Positions 35,138-44,432 of a stretch of 64,000 nucleotides of DNA are shown in pieces. Source of the stretch: a virus; IMG/VR virus record IMGVR_UViG_3300043811_000226; one strand, written 5' to 3'. Both the position numbers and the translations under genes were made by a program. Positions within the stretch are counted from its first letter, which is position 1; the number at the start of each line of letters is the position of its first letter. The notes below the pieces were generated by a model. The model was not told where the DNA came from. It saw only the letters and a program-made list of their open reading frames with translations, and did not search any database.

Positions 35138-35509
35138 TCAGCCCACGCCCCCGACGATGAACCGCTCGAGATCCGACGATGTGGCGGGAGACGAACCCGA
35201 CTCGGCGTCGTTCGTGAGTGATGCGAGCTTCTGCCCCATGTCGGGGCCTACGAGGTCGACGGCCTGTTCGACGGCGTCGAGCTTGCCCGCCTCGGCCGCC
35301 TTCTCCAGACGGGTGGCCAGGTCGTCGACGCTCGTGTCGAGCTCGAGGCCCTTGCGGTGCATCTCGCTCGCGAGCTTCTCGACCCGGTCACGTCGGTCTT
35401 TCGAAGCGAGCTTCTCTTCGAGCTCGCCGATGTACGCGCCCTGCGCTCGGAGCGCAGCGGAGGCATCGGTCAGAACCTCCGCAATCTGAGCGTGGCTGAT
35501 CTTATCCAT
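35138..35509 (-). CDS. Small coiled-coil scaffold-like protein (123 aa) with repeated KLAS
   Basis: EEKLASK, VEKLASE, LEKAAE, GQKLASL; AAGGAG upstream. Confidence 0.7.
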   Translation of the reverse strand: MDKISHAQIAEVLTDASAALRAQGAYIGELEEKLASKDRRDRVEKLASEMHRKGLELDTSVDDLATRLEKAAEAGKLDAVEQAVDLVGPDMGQKLASLTNDAESGSSPATSSDLERFIVGGVG

Positions 35510-35519
35510 GTGCTCTCCT

Positions 35520-36932
35520 TCACACTCTACCAGGCGCTGCCGCACGGGTGGAAGTACCCGGAGCCTGCTTCTCGTCGATGGATGCTGCGAGCTTGGTGAG
35601 AAGAACGCGCGCGGCGGCGGTCTTCACACTGGCCGCGGCGGGAGTGACGATGACCTTCTCCTCGGGAGCGGAGGCGATCTTCGGTCCGGCCTTGCCTGTG
35701 TTCTCGAAGGCGACCTGCAAGACGTTGTCGTGTTCGGCACTGAGCGCAGGCTCCTGGAAGTACTGACGCAGGTCGTTCTTCCGGTTCGCGTAGGCCGTGC
35801 CCTTGGTGTAGTCGCGCGCGGCCTCGGACGATGCAACGAGTCCAGTCGGTCCCTGCGGTGCACCGCCGGCGGGAGCGCCTCCCGACTCGCCCGCTGCGGA
35901 CGTGTCCGGGGGAACCGCGGCGCCCGCGGAGATCTGCGCCGGGTTGATGGCGTCCTCTGCCTGCTTGACCCGCGTGAGCATGTGGTCGACGAGCGATACG
36001 GGCGCGGCGCCCGCCTCCTTGCCCTTGTTCTCGGGCTCACTCTTGTGCGCGGCCTCAGCGGTCTCGAGGCCCTTCTTGGCCTCCTCGAGTCCCTGGGTCT
36101 CCTTCTTCTCGTGCTCGTCGGACGCGATCTTGGCGCGGATGAGCGAGACGACGTTCGCGTGCTTCTTGCCGTAGTTGGTCTCGATCATCTTGCCAGCGAC
36201 GGGGTGCGCCTGGTTGTTCTCCATCTGCGTGCCGCCGTGCTCGGACTTCATGGCCTTCTGCTCACCAGGGTGCATCGGCACGGTGTGCACACCCTGACCC
36301 TTGTGATCGGGCAGAGGCTTGGATGCCGTCGCCTGCGACACGCCAGAAGGGCTCGTCTGCAGGTGCTCGGTCAAGTTGTGGGGGCCGGCGAGGCTCGCGC
36401 CCTCCTTCAACAGGACCTCGGCGCAGAAGTCGAGCGCACTGGCGAGCTTCTCGACATCGAAGCCACCGAGCTTCACGCCCGACGACGAGGCCGTCTTCTT
36501 TTTGCAAGTCCCATCGTGCTTGTCCATGCCGCACGAAGCGCACTTCTCCTCGGCGGTCTTCTCCTGTTGAATGCGGGCCTCCTCCGAGACGCGCACGCGG
36601 TCACCCGAGGCGACCATCGCCTGCTTCACCAGGTCTTGCAGCATCGGACGAGCAGCCATCGATCCAGCCATGTTCTCTTCTCCTGCGGACGCCCGCTTCG
36701 GCAACATCTCAGCGCCCCGAGGGGCCATGGACTTCTGTTCGGAGGCGCCCGCGTCCATCTGTGGAGGAGCGCCCGTGTTCACCCGGGAGTAGTTCTGCCG
36801 CGGCGAGACCCCCGCCGGCCCCCGCTTCCCGGGAGCGAAGGTCGGGTCGATGCTGGGGGTCGGAACCGGGGAGGCTGCGGTCGCACCTGTGGAAGACGCC
36901 AGCGTGTCCGCGGCGCTCTTCAGATGGGACAT
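35520..36932 (-). CDS. Scaffold / internal head-like protein (470 aa), low complexity, many K-x-A motifs
   Basis: KSAA, KRAS, KTAS, KLAS, KIAS (x2), KQAE, KTAA, KLAA; GGGAGG upstream. Confidence 0.7.
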   Translation of the reverse strand: MSHLKSAADTLASSTGATAASPVPTPSIDPTFAPGKRGPAGVSPRQNYSRVNTGAPPQMDAGASEQKSMAPRGAEMLPKRASAGEENMAGSMAARPMLQDLVKQAMVASGDRVRVSEEARIQQEKTAEEKCASCGMDKHDGTCKKKTASSSGVKLGGFDVEKLASALDFCAEVLLKEGASLAGPHNLTEHLQTSPSGVSQATASKPLPDHKGQGVHTVPMHPGEQKAMKSEHGGTQMENNQAHPVAGKMIETNYGKKHANVVSLIRAKIASDEHEKKETQGLEEAKKGLETAEAAHKSEPENKGKEAGAAPVSLVDHMLTRVKQAEDAINPAQISAGAAVPPDTSAAGESGGAPAGGAPQGPTGLVASSEAARDYTKGTAYANRKNDLRQYFQEPALSAEHDNVLQVAFENTGKAGPKIASAPEEKVIVTPAAASVKTAAARVLLTKLAASIDEKQAPGTSTRAAAPGRV

Positions 36933-36968
36933 GACCGAAACCTCCCACGATTCTTCACCGTTCCTTGG

Positions 36969-37718
36969 TTACTTCCACTCGACGGGGTAGCCCGCCGCTT
37001 CGAGCAGCTCGAGTGCTCGCAGACCGACAGCTGCGTCGACGTTGGGCGCCGAGGCGACCTTGCTCTTGCTGTCGGGAGCGAGGCCGAGGGTGACGACGGC
37101 AGCGACCTTGCGGCCGGCGAGGTCCGCATCGAAGCCGCCGTCGGCCGCGAGCTTCTTCGCCTGCTCGATGGCCATCTGATCGAGGGCCGAAGCCGCGGCC
37201 TCCTTCTTCTCCTCTTTCTTCTCTTCCTTCTTCTCCTCGGGCTTGCCCTCTTCCTTGCCCTTCATGTGGGCCTTGAAGGCCTCGGGGATCTCGGCCACCT
37301 TCGGCGTGCCGGCGGCGGCTGCCGCAGCAGCTCCCGGAGTGGCCGCGTCGGCCGCGATCTTGCGCAGCTCCTGGACGTAGGCGTGGGCCATGGTGCGCCC
37401 GAGGAAGTCTGCCTCCGCGACCTTCTCGGCAGCGGCCTTCTTCTCCTCGTGCTCCTTCTCGGCCTTCTCGCGCTTCTCCTTCTCCTCGTCCTTCTTCTCT
37501 TCGTGCTTGGGAGGAGGGAACTCGGCCGACTTCTGGACCCAGTTGTCGTAGAGCGCCTGGACCTGCTCGTCGGGCATCGACTTGAGGTCGATCTTCTGCT
37601 CGCTCGCGAGCTTGAAGAAGAGCTCCACAGAGGCCTGCTTCTCGAGGTCCTCGGCGGGGGCCGACGCGGTCTTGTTGGTGCCGTAGTGCTCGGCGAGGAA
37701 TGCGTCCATGGTGGTCAT
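36969..37718 (-). CDS. Capsid scaffolding-like protein (249 aa)
   Basis: Directly after the prohead protease; E/K-rich helical; about 12 K-x-A motifs. Confidence 0.7.
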   Translation of the reverse strand: MTTMDAFLAEHYGTNKTASAPAEDLEKQASVELFFKLASEQKIDLKSMPDEQVQALYDNWVQKSAEFPPPKHEEKKDEEKEKREKAEKEHEEKKAAAEKVAEADFLGRTMAHAYVQELRKIAADAATPGAAAAAAAGTPKVAEIPEAFKAHMKGKEEGKPEEKKEEKKEEKKEAAASALDQMAIEQAKKLAADGGFDADLAGRKVAAVVTLGLAPDSKSKVASAPNVDAAVGLRALELLEAAGYPVEWK

Positions 37719-37721
37719 GAT

Positions 37722-39482
37722 TCAGTGTCCTCCAGCAATCTTGCTGCGCATGGCCTGCGTGTTCCTCGAGGGGAATCCCCTCTCCACGACGGCGTGTTGT
37801 GTCTCTTCTCCCACTTCATCCCAGAAGGCGAGCTTCAAGTAGCCCGCCGACAGAGGGGTGAAGAGGCTGTCCACCTCTGCGGCTGCGAGCTTGTGCAAAC
37901 GCTCATCGGACGGCAGCGCCGTCGAAGCGATGAGTGACTGAGCGTGAGCAACAAGTTCCATGATGCCGGTTCGGTACGCGTTGTACGCAGACCCTATCTT
38001 ACGCAAGAGTGGAGAATAAAGGGAAGAAGCGGACGAGCGCTTTTCTTTGAGGGGCTCGGAGGCAACCAGTACCCTCTTCTCGACAGCCGGTCCTAGTGCT
38101 GACCGAGACGACAACAAAGACATCAGGAGTCGCGCCAGAACGGGAGAGAAGAACTCTTCTCCCATGGGTACGGGCAGAGCCTCATCGCTCTTTGGAAAGA
38201 CGGTGCCTTCACGTTCCAGCTTGTCGGCGAGAGGACGCTGTCCCATCTGAATGAGGATGATGCGCTGAAATTCCCGAGGCCTCAGCACCATCCCGAGCCC
38301 TGATGGCGTGGAGAGGGCGCTCTCCAGAGAAGAAGCGCCTAGCGCATCGAGCACTTCCTTGGGCAGGTCCTTCTCATTCTTCGTGAGCACAGGCACCGCC
38401 TTGCCTACGAACTGGCTCGGCATGACGTCCTTCACGATCTCGGCGTCCTTGTCCTTCGCCTGCTTGCCTAGGAAGGCCATCTTGAGTGCGTCGGTCGGTG
38501 CACTGGCTGTCTTGCCAACAACACCCTCCGGAGCGAACTCCGGCAGAAGAAGCTCGTCTCCATCGGAATAGCCGAGCTTCTCCGCGAGCTCGGCGCCGCT
38601 CAAAAACCAGTAGCTCTGTCCTGCTCCTGCAATCTTCATCATCGTCTTGGCTGTCTTGTCAGCGCCGATGAAGACGAAGCTGATGTCGAAGAAGCTCGGG
38701 TAGTCGTTGTAGACGAAGATCTTCCTGCCGTCGGGCAGGATGCGATTCATTGCGCGCTTGGCGTGGTCGCAGTAGTCGTTGCGCGTGATGGACACGCCAC
38801 GGATGCCCTTGCCGTTCTTCTGGATGAGGGCCTTGTGGTAGCGCAGCACGGCGTCACCAGGTGCCTTGTCTCGTCCAGGAGAGAACATGGACTGCGCTTT
38901 TCGATACGTGTCCCAGTCCAAGCAGATGCTGCACGTGTCGAAGGGCACCTTGCAGCCCATCGATACATCCGGGTACTCACCTGCCTGGAGCTTGTCCCAG
39001 ACGCCAGTGCCTCCAAACTTCTGGCAGCGCTCGGAGTCGACGCGCGCTACGAGTTCGACGCGCTTCATTCGCGGGTTCCACGCGGCGAGCTCCACCTCAC
39101 CAAAGGCGCGAGAGGCGTCCTTGTTCCGATGGTGCGCGTACGGGTGAGCGGAGTAGAACGTCGGGAACCCGTACGGCCAAGTCTTCGCTCGGATCTTGTC
39201 GATGAGCGGATTGCCGGTCCACTCGTCGGGACGGTGAATGAGCGCGGTCTCCGGGAAGTAGTCGCCGTTGATGTTCGAGCCCCAGTACTCGCCCGCGCCC
39301 ATGGCGTTGAGCAGCACGTACTGCGCATCCTTCTGCGGCTTGAGCGTATCGATGTACCGGACCACTTCCGGTAGCAAGTAAGGCGCGGCCGTCTTCTCGA
39401 AGACGGGGGCAGAAGGACCGAACAGCGGGATGGCGTTGTGCCCGTCTTCGTCCTCGCCCTGGAAGAAGGCAACCTTGAGCAT
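37722..39482 (-). CDS. Prohead (capsid maturation) serine protease, HK97/assemblin-like clan, with long C-terminal extension (586 aa)
   Basis: YAHHRNKD (putative His), GEVELAAW..RVELVARVD, DVSMGC (putative Ser), CSIC...CDH insert, FFDISFV..GAD..A. Confidence 0.8.
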   Translation of the reverse strand: MLKVAFFQGEDEDGHNAIPLFGPSAPVFEKTAAPYLLPEVVRYIDTLKPQKDAQYVLLNAMGAGEYWGSNINGDYFPETALIHRPDEWTGNPLIDKIRAKTWPYGFPTFYSAHPYAHHRNKDASRAFGEVELAAWNPRMKRVELVARVDSERCQKFGGTGVWDKLQAGEYPDVSMGCKVPFDTCSICLDWDTYRKAQSMFSPGRDKAPGDAVLRYHKALIQKNGKGIRGVSITRNDYCDHAKRAMNRILPDGRKIFVYNDYPSFFDISFVFIGADKTAKTMMKIAGAGQSYWFLSGAELAEKLGYSDGDELLLPEFAPEGVVGKTASAPTDALKMAFLGKQAKDKDAEIVKDVMPSQFVGKAVPVLTKNEKDLPKEVLDALGASSLESALSTPSGLGMVLRPREFQRIILIQMGQRPLADKLEREGTVFPKSDEALPVPMGEEFFSPVLARLLMSLLSSRSALGPAVEKRVLVASEPLKEKRSSASSLYSPLLRKIGSAYNAYRTGIMELVAHAQSLIASTALPSDERLHKLAAAEVDSLFTPLSAGYLKLAFWDEVGEETQHAVVERGFPSRNTQAMRSKIAGGH

Positions 39483-39491
39483 GAACGCGCG

Positions 39492-39974
39492 TTACTTCTT
39501 CTTGCCGCCAAGCGCGGCGCGCGTGACCATGTCCCCCATCGGAGAGCGCATCTTGTCGCGAAAGTTCAACGTCTCGACGACCTTGCCACCCGCATGCACG
39601 GGGTCTTCCATCATCTGACGTACGTAGCTACCGGCCACCGTGGGGTCCTTCGAGAACTGCGGGTTGAATGTGCGCAGCGTCGAGAACATCCGGTTTACCA
39701 GCCGAGGGTCCTCCTCGTGCTTGGCTGCAACATCCGGGTTGACCTCGAGCATCGCACGGAAGTCGCGGCTCTTGGTGGCGGCGTCGTAGATCGCCCCGGC
39801 AGCAGCAACTCCGCCCCCAACGGCAAGCGCGCCGGCGGCGCCCATGGCACCACGGCCGAGCGCGGCGCCCATGCGCCCCGGGTTGCTGAGGCCGGAGCCT
39901 GCCATGAGCCCTTGCCCGAACGACGCGGCCGTCTTCGTCTTCAGGTACTCCGTGACGGGATTCTCACTGCCCAC
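39492..39974 (-). CDS. Gly-zipper putative internal head protein (160 aa, GTG start)
   Basis: GAGG before the GTG at 39974; KTAAS then GAALGRGAMGAAGALAVGGGVAAAG. Confidence 0.65.
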   Translation of the reverse strand: MGSENPVTEYLKTKTAASFGQGLMAGSGLSNPGRMGAALGRGAMGAAGALAVGGGVAAAGAIYDAATKSRDFRAMLEVNPDVAAKHEEDPRLVNRMFSTLRTFNPQFSKDPTVAGSYVRQMMEDPVHAGGKVVETLNFRDKMRSPMGDMVTRAALGGKKK

Positions 39975-41163
39975 TTTGGACCTCGTACTTGTGCCGGAGG
40001 TGCGCCGTCGTCCCCGGGATGTTGCGCGCGACGAGGTCGACCGCGCCTCGCGCGCCACGCGCCGGAAGGCTCGGGCTGTTCTGCATGTGGGTGTAAGCCT
40101 CCATGCCACCGATGCCGATGGCAGCTTCCGGCAAACGTGAAACCACCTTCTCGGCCACCGCACCCGCTGTAGGGCCGACTGTCTTCTCAACGAAAGGGCG
40201 GATGGCCTTGCCTGCCCCCGTGCTCACTCGAGAGGCTGTGTTGTACATGTCGGCGAGAGACGCCTGCTTGAGGTAGTGATCGAGATGCGCGGCGTGCTGG
40301 CGGAGCTCGCGCTGCGCTCCGCGCGTCTCGGCGAGCTTGGAGAGCACCGTGCAGAACTCCTCGAACTCGACGATGAGCGGGTGCTCGGTGTTCACCACCC
40401 TGGCGCTGGCGGTCTTGTCGACCGACGCGACCGCGGCTTCGAGCGTGTGAAAGACCCCGTCACGCAGCAGCCGCGGCGTGATCAAGGAGAAGGCCACCTT
40501 GATGTGATCCGCGCTCGGAGCCACCGTCGACCAGGCCTGCATCACATCACCCAGGCTGACGTCAGAGAGCGCCGCCTGCTTGACCTGGTGGTACACCCGG
40601 TCCCCGAGGTCGGCGTACATGACCTCTAGGCCATCGAGCTGCGTCTGCAGATGGTCCTCGGCGCCGGCGAGCTTGTCCTTCAGCTCGATGACTTCCGAGT
40701 GCGGATTGGCGTAAGGCAGCTCCGTCTTCAGGTCCGCACCGAAGATGGCACCGAGCTCACGCTCCGCGACGTCCGACTCGATGCTGGCCGTCTTCGGCGG
40801 TGCGTCGTAGTCTCCGGTGCCGCGATCGAAGACCGAGCCCCCACCCCCATCGTTCAGGTCCTGCAGGATGGCCGCCGGGTCGGCGGGTCCGCCCGGGAAG
40901 TCGACCACATGGTGCGTGGCGCCTTCCTTCTTGAAAGCCTCGAGGTAAGCCGCCGTGTTGGCAAACTCCGCTACCCTCTTCACCTGCTCGGGAGAGAGCT
41001 GCGCCTGCTTGACCGTGGTGACGACAGCGTCGGTCAGGGTCTTGTGCTCCCCCGCAGTCCAGTCGGCAGCCGCCTTCTTACCCAAAACCTCGAGGTACTC
41101 GCCCGAGTGGGAGTGTGCGTTCATTTGCTGCATCAGGCCGTGCCGGGGAAGGTCACTCATCAC
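39964..41163 (-). CDS. Head-region protein (399 aa) with multiple K-x-A motifs
   Basis: KKAA, KQAQ, KTAS (x2), KLAG, KQAA, KVAF, KLAE, KQAS. Confidence 0.75.
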   Translation of the reverse strand: MMSDLPRHGLMQQMNAHSHSGEYLEVLGKKAAADWTAGEHKTLTDAVVTTVKQAQLSPEQVKRVAEFANTAAYLEAFKKEGATHHVVDFPGGPADPAAILQDLNDGGGGSVFDRGTGDYDAPPKTASIESDVAERELGAIFGADLKTELPYANPHSEVIELKDKLAGAEDHLQTQLDGLEVMYADLGDRVYHQVKQAALSDVSLGDVMQAWSTVAPSADHIKVAFSLITPRLLRDGVFHTLEAAVASVDKTASARVVNTEHPLIVEFEEFCTVLSKLAETRGAQRELRQHAAHLDHYLKQASLADMYNTASRVSTGAGKAIRPFVEKTVGPTAGAVAEKVVSRLPEAAIGIGGMEAYTHMQNSPSLPARGARGAVDLVARNIPGTTAHLRHKYEVQSGQ

Positions 41164-41208
41164 TCACCAGTCCCTTCACAAGGACTAGAATAGACCAGGG
41201 CTAAAAAC

Positions 41209-41895
41209 ATGGGAAGACAACCGCCCAGTGACTACGTCGACAAGGTCGAAGCAGCGAAGACGTTGGGCGTGTCCGTACGCACGCTCGACAACATGATCCA
41301 CAAGAACATGATCGTGCCGCACTCCTTTGCCGGCAGCAGGAAGGTCGTGTTTCTACGCTCCGATGTCTCTGCCTTGATGCAGGCCACAGGTGATGGAGGA
41401 CTCGACCTGGCCCAAGTGAAAGCGCTGGCCTTGGCTGCGCTGTCGACCTCCCGTCGCAACGAGCAGCGTATGGTGGAGCTCTATGCGCACCTGGGCATGG
41501 AACTTCTACCCCTCGCGCGTGATACGCATTCGGTGCGTTCGCTCTACGAAGAGGTGAAGCTCGGTGTAGAACCCTCGAGCGTCCACGACGCCGACTGGCT
41601 GCAGTTCTGGACCAACACCTTCTTCTCGATGGACGAGGTCTACCTTGAGCTCGTCACGCATCTGACTGGGGACGTAGAGCCGTGGTTGGTGTTCCACGAC
41701 TTAGCGAACGCCATCTTGCGAGAGCTGGATTCTTACGGACTGACACGCCCTGTGCGCATCTTCCGCGCCAGCCGAAACCACCTACGCCATGTGAGTTACA
41801 TGCACTGCCGCAGAGTGAAGGGGGTAGAAACCGCCGGCATCGTATTCGACGGCCGCGCGCGTGCGGTCGATGAGTTGAACGCCCTCATTGGTTAG
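41209..41895 (+). CDS. DNA-binding protein with N-terminal excisionase/MerR-like winged HTH (228 aa)
   Basis: YVDKVEAAKTLGVSVRTLDNMIHKNMI...KVVFLRSDV. Confidence 0.75.
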   Translation: MGRQPPSDYVDKVEAAKTLGVSVRTLDNMIHKNMIVPHSFAGSRKVVFLRSDVSALMQATGDGGLDLAQVKALALAALSTSRRNEQRMVELYAHLGMELLPLARDTHSVRSLYEEVKLGVEPSSVHDADWLQFWTNTFFSMDEVYLELVTHLTGDVEPWLVFHDLANAILRELDSYGLTRPVRIFRASRNHLRHVSYMHCRRVKGVETAGIVFDGRARAVDELNALIG

Positions 41896-43748
41896 CCCTG
41901 ATCGATGGGACCGCGGTACCCGGTACGAAGCGGACCCTGACCAGGCATCTCCCTGATGGGGCTGATTATATCCGGACGCGGCACGAGGATCATCGAGACC
42001 ATCATGCAGTAGAGGATGGAGTGGAATGTGTCGTCGGGCCGGTCCGGACGGTGCGTGTACTGCAGCATCCTCAGCGCGTTATTGTACTCCGAGAAGATGT
42101 TCAGACAGTCGTTGCCGTAGGGATCCTCGAACTCTTCCCAGCACGGCAAGTCCACCTGCTGGCGCTTGATGGCGTTGAAGATGTCGCTCATCACCTCAGT
42201 GCGCACCATCTGCCAGCGGCGGAAGTTCGGGTTCCAGAAGACCTTCTTCTTTCCGCGCGCCATGTACTGGTACTTGTGTACGCGCTTTGGACCGAACTTC
42301 CGGGTCAGGTGGTCATTGCGATCGAAGCCGCCACCGTAGTCGGCGCCGATGAGGCGCACGTTGAAGTACTGCATCATCTCGTCGATCTTTGCGAGCTGCG
42401 GCTCGGGGTCGACGTCTTCTCCTGTGAAGCGATGCACGTAGAAGATGCGGAAGCGCTGGTGCACGTACGTGCCGAGGGAAAGCACCGTGTACGTATTTTC
42501 GCCTGTGCCCCAATCGATTCCAGCGAAAATAGGCTGCCCTGCACCAAGTGAGTGGTACGCATCGAGCGCGTCCATGTTCATGTGCAAGTCGGGCTTGCAG
42601 CACTCCTTGACCTGGGCGCGTGTCAGCGGACGAAGACCTGAATCGTACGAGACGCCGAGCACCTCGTTGTAGAACTTGGCGCGGTCGTAGCGTCCGTAGT
42701 CGAGCATGATCTCGTCCCACGACCGCCACGGGACCATCAGCTGCGGGATGCGGTAGCACTCGAAGATGCCACCCTCCTGCATCTCGGCCCACTGCGCATC
42801 CTCGTGCATCGGGTTGATGAGCTGACCGCACTTCTCGCAAGACAGACCCCGCCTCTGGATGTTCTTCTCCCCCAGGATGTTCCAGTAGCGACCCGCACCA
42901 TCGGCCGAGCCGCAGCGGTCGCAAGGCACAACCCACTCGCCCATCGTGCTCATGGCTCGCCCGCGAGAAGTCCCGCTACGGTAGAACTCGAGGACGTTGT
43001 CGAGTCCCTTGGGCGTACCGGCGTAGAGGAAGCGGCGCCACTGCTCAGGAGCGTGGCTGAGTGATTGCTCGATGACGGGGATGTTGTCCGAGAGCACGTC
43101 CTGCAACTCATCGACGGCCAGGCACCAGGCAGGAATGCCTCGGGTACGGTCGGCGTTCAGGAAGGCGTAGCGCATCGTAATCTTCGAGCGGTTGACGAAC
43201 TGCTTCTCGAAGACGTTCTGCTGAAGGAGGGTGGTCGTGTAGGCCTTGAGGATGTCGCTAGTCTCGAGCGGTTCCTTGATGCGGTCGACTGAGAAGGTCT
43301 TGGTCTGTGTGGCTGACGGCGACACGTAAAGCGTACGGAAGCCCTGCACCATGCACGAGTAAGTAATGATGCGGTTGCCGAGCAGCGTGGACTTCTCAAC
43401 CTGCCGTCCGCAGAAGAGGAGGACGCGCTTGGCTGGCGTGTCGTAGACCCGGCGCATGTGCCGGCGACCTTCGAAGGTAAAGTTCTCGTAGCCCATGCCG
43501 TCGACACGCGGCATGCGGAAGGCGAACTCAGTGAACTGTGAGGGGAGCACCGCCGGGATGACGGCAGGAGCCTTGCGATCGTCATCCAGAAACGTGAAGT
43601 CGTCGAAGAGGTCTGGCTCTGGGCACCAAGGCTGGCCGTTCTCCGCGTTGTAGAGTTCCTCGTCGGATAGCTCCTCCTCGAGTGCTTCGAGATCGAGCTC
43701 GAAAGACTTCGGCACATGATTGTGCCCGTGGTAGTTGGTACCCAACAT
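41892..43748 (-). CDS. terL: Terminase large subunit (618 aa; start uncertain)
   Basis: LLFCGRQVEKST Walker A variant, TLYVSPS, LAVDELQD Walker B, YAGTPK, Cys4 insert, IFAGIDWG and PDDTFHS nuclease motifs. Confidence 0.9.
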   Translation of the reverse strand: MLGTNYHGHNHVPKSFELDLEALEEELSDEELYNAENGQPWCPEPDLFDDFTFLDDDRKAPAVIPAVLPSQFTEFAFRMPRVDGMGYENFTFEGRRHMRRVYDTPAKRVLLFCGRQVEKSTLLGNRIITYSCMVQGFRTLYVSPSATQTKTFSVDRIKEPLETSDILKAYTTTLLQQNVFEKQFVNRSKITMRYAFLNADRTRGIPAWCLAVDELQDVLSDNIPVIEQSLSHAPEQWRRFLYAGTPKGLDNVLEFYRSGTSRGRAMSTMGEWVVPCDRCGSADGAGRYWNILGEKNIQRRGLSCEKCGQLINPMHEDAQWAEMQEGGIFECYRIPQLMVPWRSWDEIMLDYGRYDRAKFYNEVLGVSYDSGLRPLTRAQVKECCKPDLHMNMDALDAYHSLGAGQPIFAGIDWGTGENTYTVLSLGTYVHQRFRIFYVHRFTGEDVDPEPQLAKIDEMMQYFNVRLIGADYGGGFDRNDHLTRKFGPKRVHKYQYMARGKKKVFWNPNFRRWQMVRTEVMSDIFNAIKRQQVDLPCWEEFEDPYGNDCLNIFSEYNNALRMLQYTHRPDRPDDTFHSILYCMMVSMILVPRPDIISPIREMPGQGPLRTGYRGPIDQG

Positions 43749-43779
43749 GAGTGCTCAGCCTACTTCAAGACCGGAGGAG

Positions 43780-44067
43780 ATGCTCAACAACCTCTTCGCC
43801 AGCGTGCAACGAGCGGGCCCTGTCTTCACAGGCAACGCTACCTTGGTGCCTGAAGGAGAGGGCTTCCACATCACGTTGCAACTCGCGCAGGGCGCGTTCA
43901 ACCGCAACGATGTCGGCGTGCGCACGCAGAAGGCTTTGAACAGCTACGTCCGTGAGTACTTGAAGACGGCCGGCTGGCGTGTGAAGCACGCGGGCTTCAA
44001 GAAGAACTACTTCGAGCTTTTCACCGCACCGTCCAGAGCTGCGTCGAACTCGTCCAGGAACTTGTAG
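43780..44067 (+). CDS. Hypothetical protein (about 95 aa), antisense to the virion operon
   Basis: GGAGG just upstream; protein-like sequence. Confidence 0.55.
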   Translation: MLNNLFASVQRAGPVFTGNATLVPEGEGFHITLQLAQGAFNRNDVGVRTQKALNSYVREYLKTAGWRVKHAGFKKNYFELFTAPSRAASNSSRNL

Positions 44068-44432
44068 ACGAAGAGGTGCGGGTCGAGGACGTGCCCGAAG
44101 CCGTAGGCGCGCATCCACCAGCTTGCCTTCTCCTCGGTGTACGCGGCCTTGATGCGGGGGTAGGTCGCCTTGAAGTAGCTCTCGACGCACGTGGACAACG
44201 TGTTCGGGAAGGTCTCCTTCCAGTAGGTCGTCGGGTCAGGCAGCGCATTGATTTCGTCGGTCACGTAGAAGTGAAAGACGATGTCACCCTCGGTGATTGC
44301 AAACTCGAGGGCGAAGGTCGTGTAGTCGGTGCACTGGATGAAGTGCAGCGGCAGTACGGGCAGTGTGCCCTTCGCTTCACTTTCGATCTTCGCCTGGGCC
44401 TGGTCCCGGCTCAAGGGTGCTTGGGTCGTCAT
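44007..44432 (-). CDS. Hypothetical protein (141 aa)
   Basis: Protein-like, aromatic-rich; fits the operon. Confidence 0.7.
   Translation of the reverse strand: MTTQAPLSRDQAQAKIESEAKGTLPVLPLHFIQCTDYTTFALEFAITEGDIVFHFYVTDEINALPDPTTYWKETFPNTLSTCVESYFKATYPRIKAAYTEEKASWWMRAYGFGHVLDPHLFVYKFLDEFDAALDGAVKSSK

Noticed and set aside
41209-41895. Excisionase indicating a prophage
   Set aside because: The HTH is fused to a 170-aa unrelated domain and no integrase is nearby; more likely a regulator or packaging factor
15632-43769. CCTACTTCAAG repeated 7-10 nt upstream of two plus-strand starts (15632 and 43759)
   Set aside because: Only two instances; near-identical strings occur inside coding regions as Y-F-K codons; overlaps the SD zone
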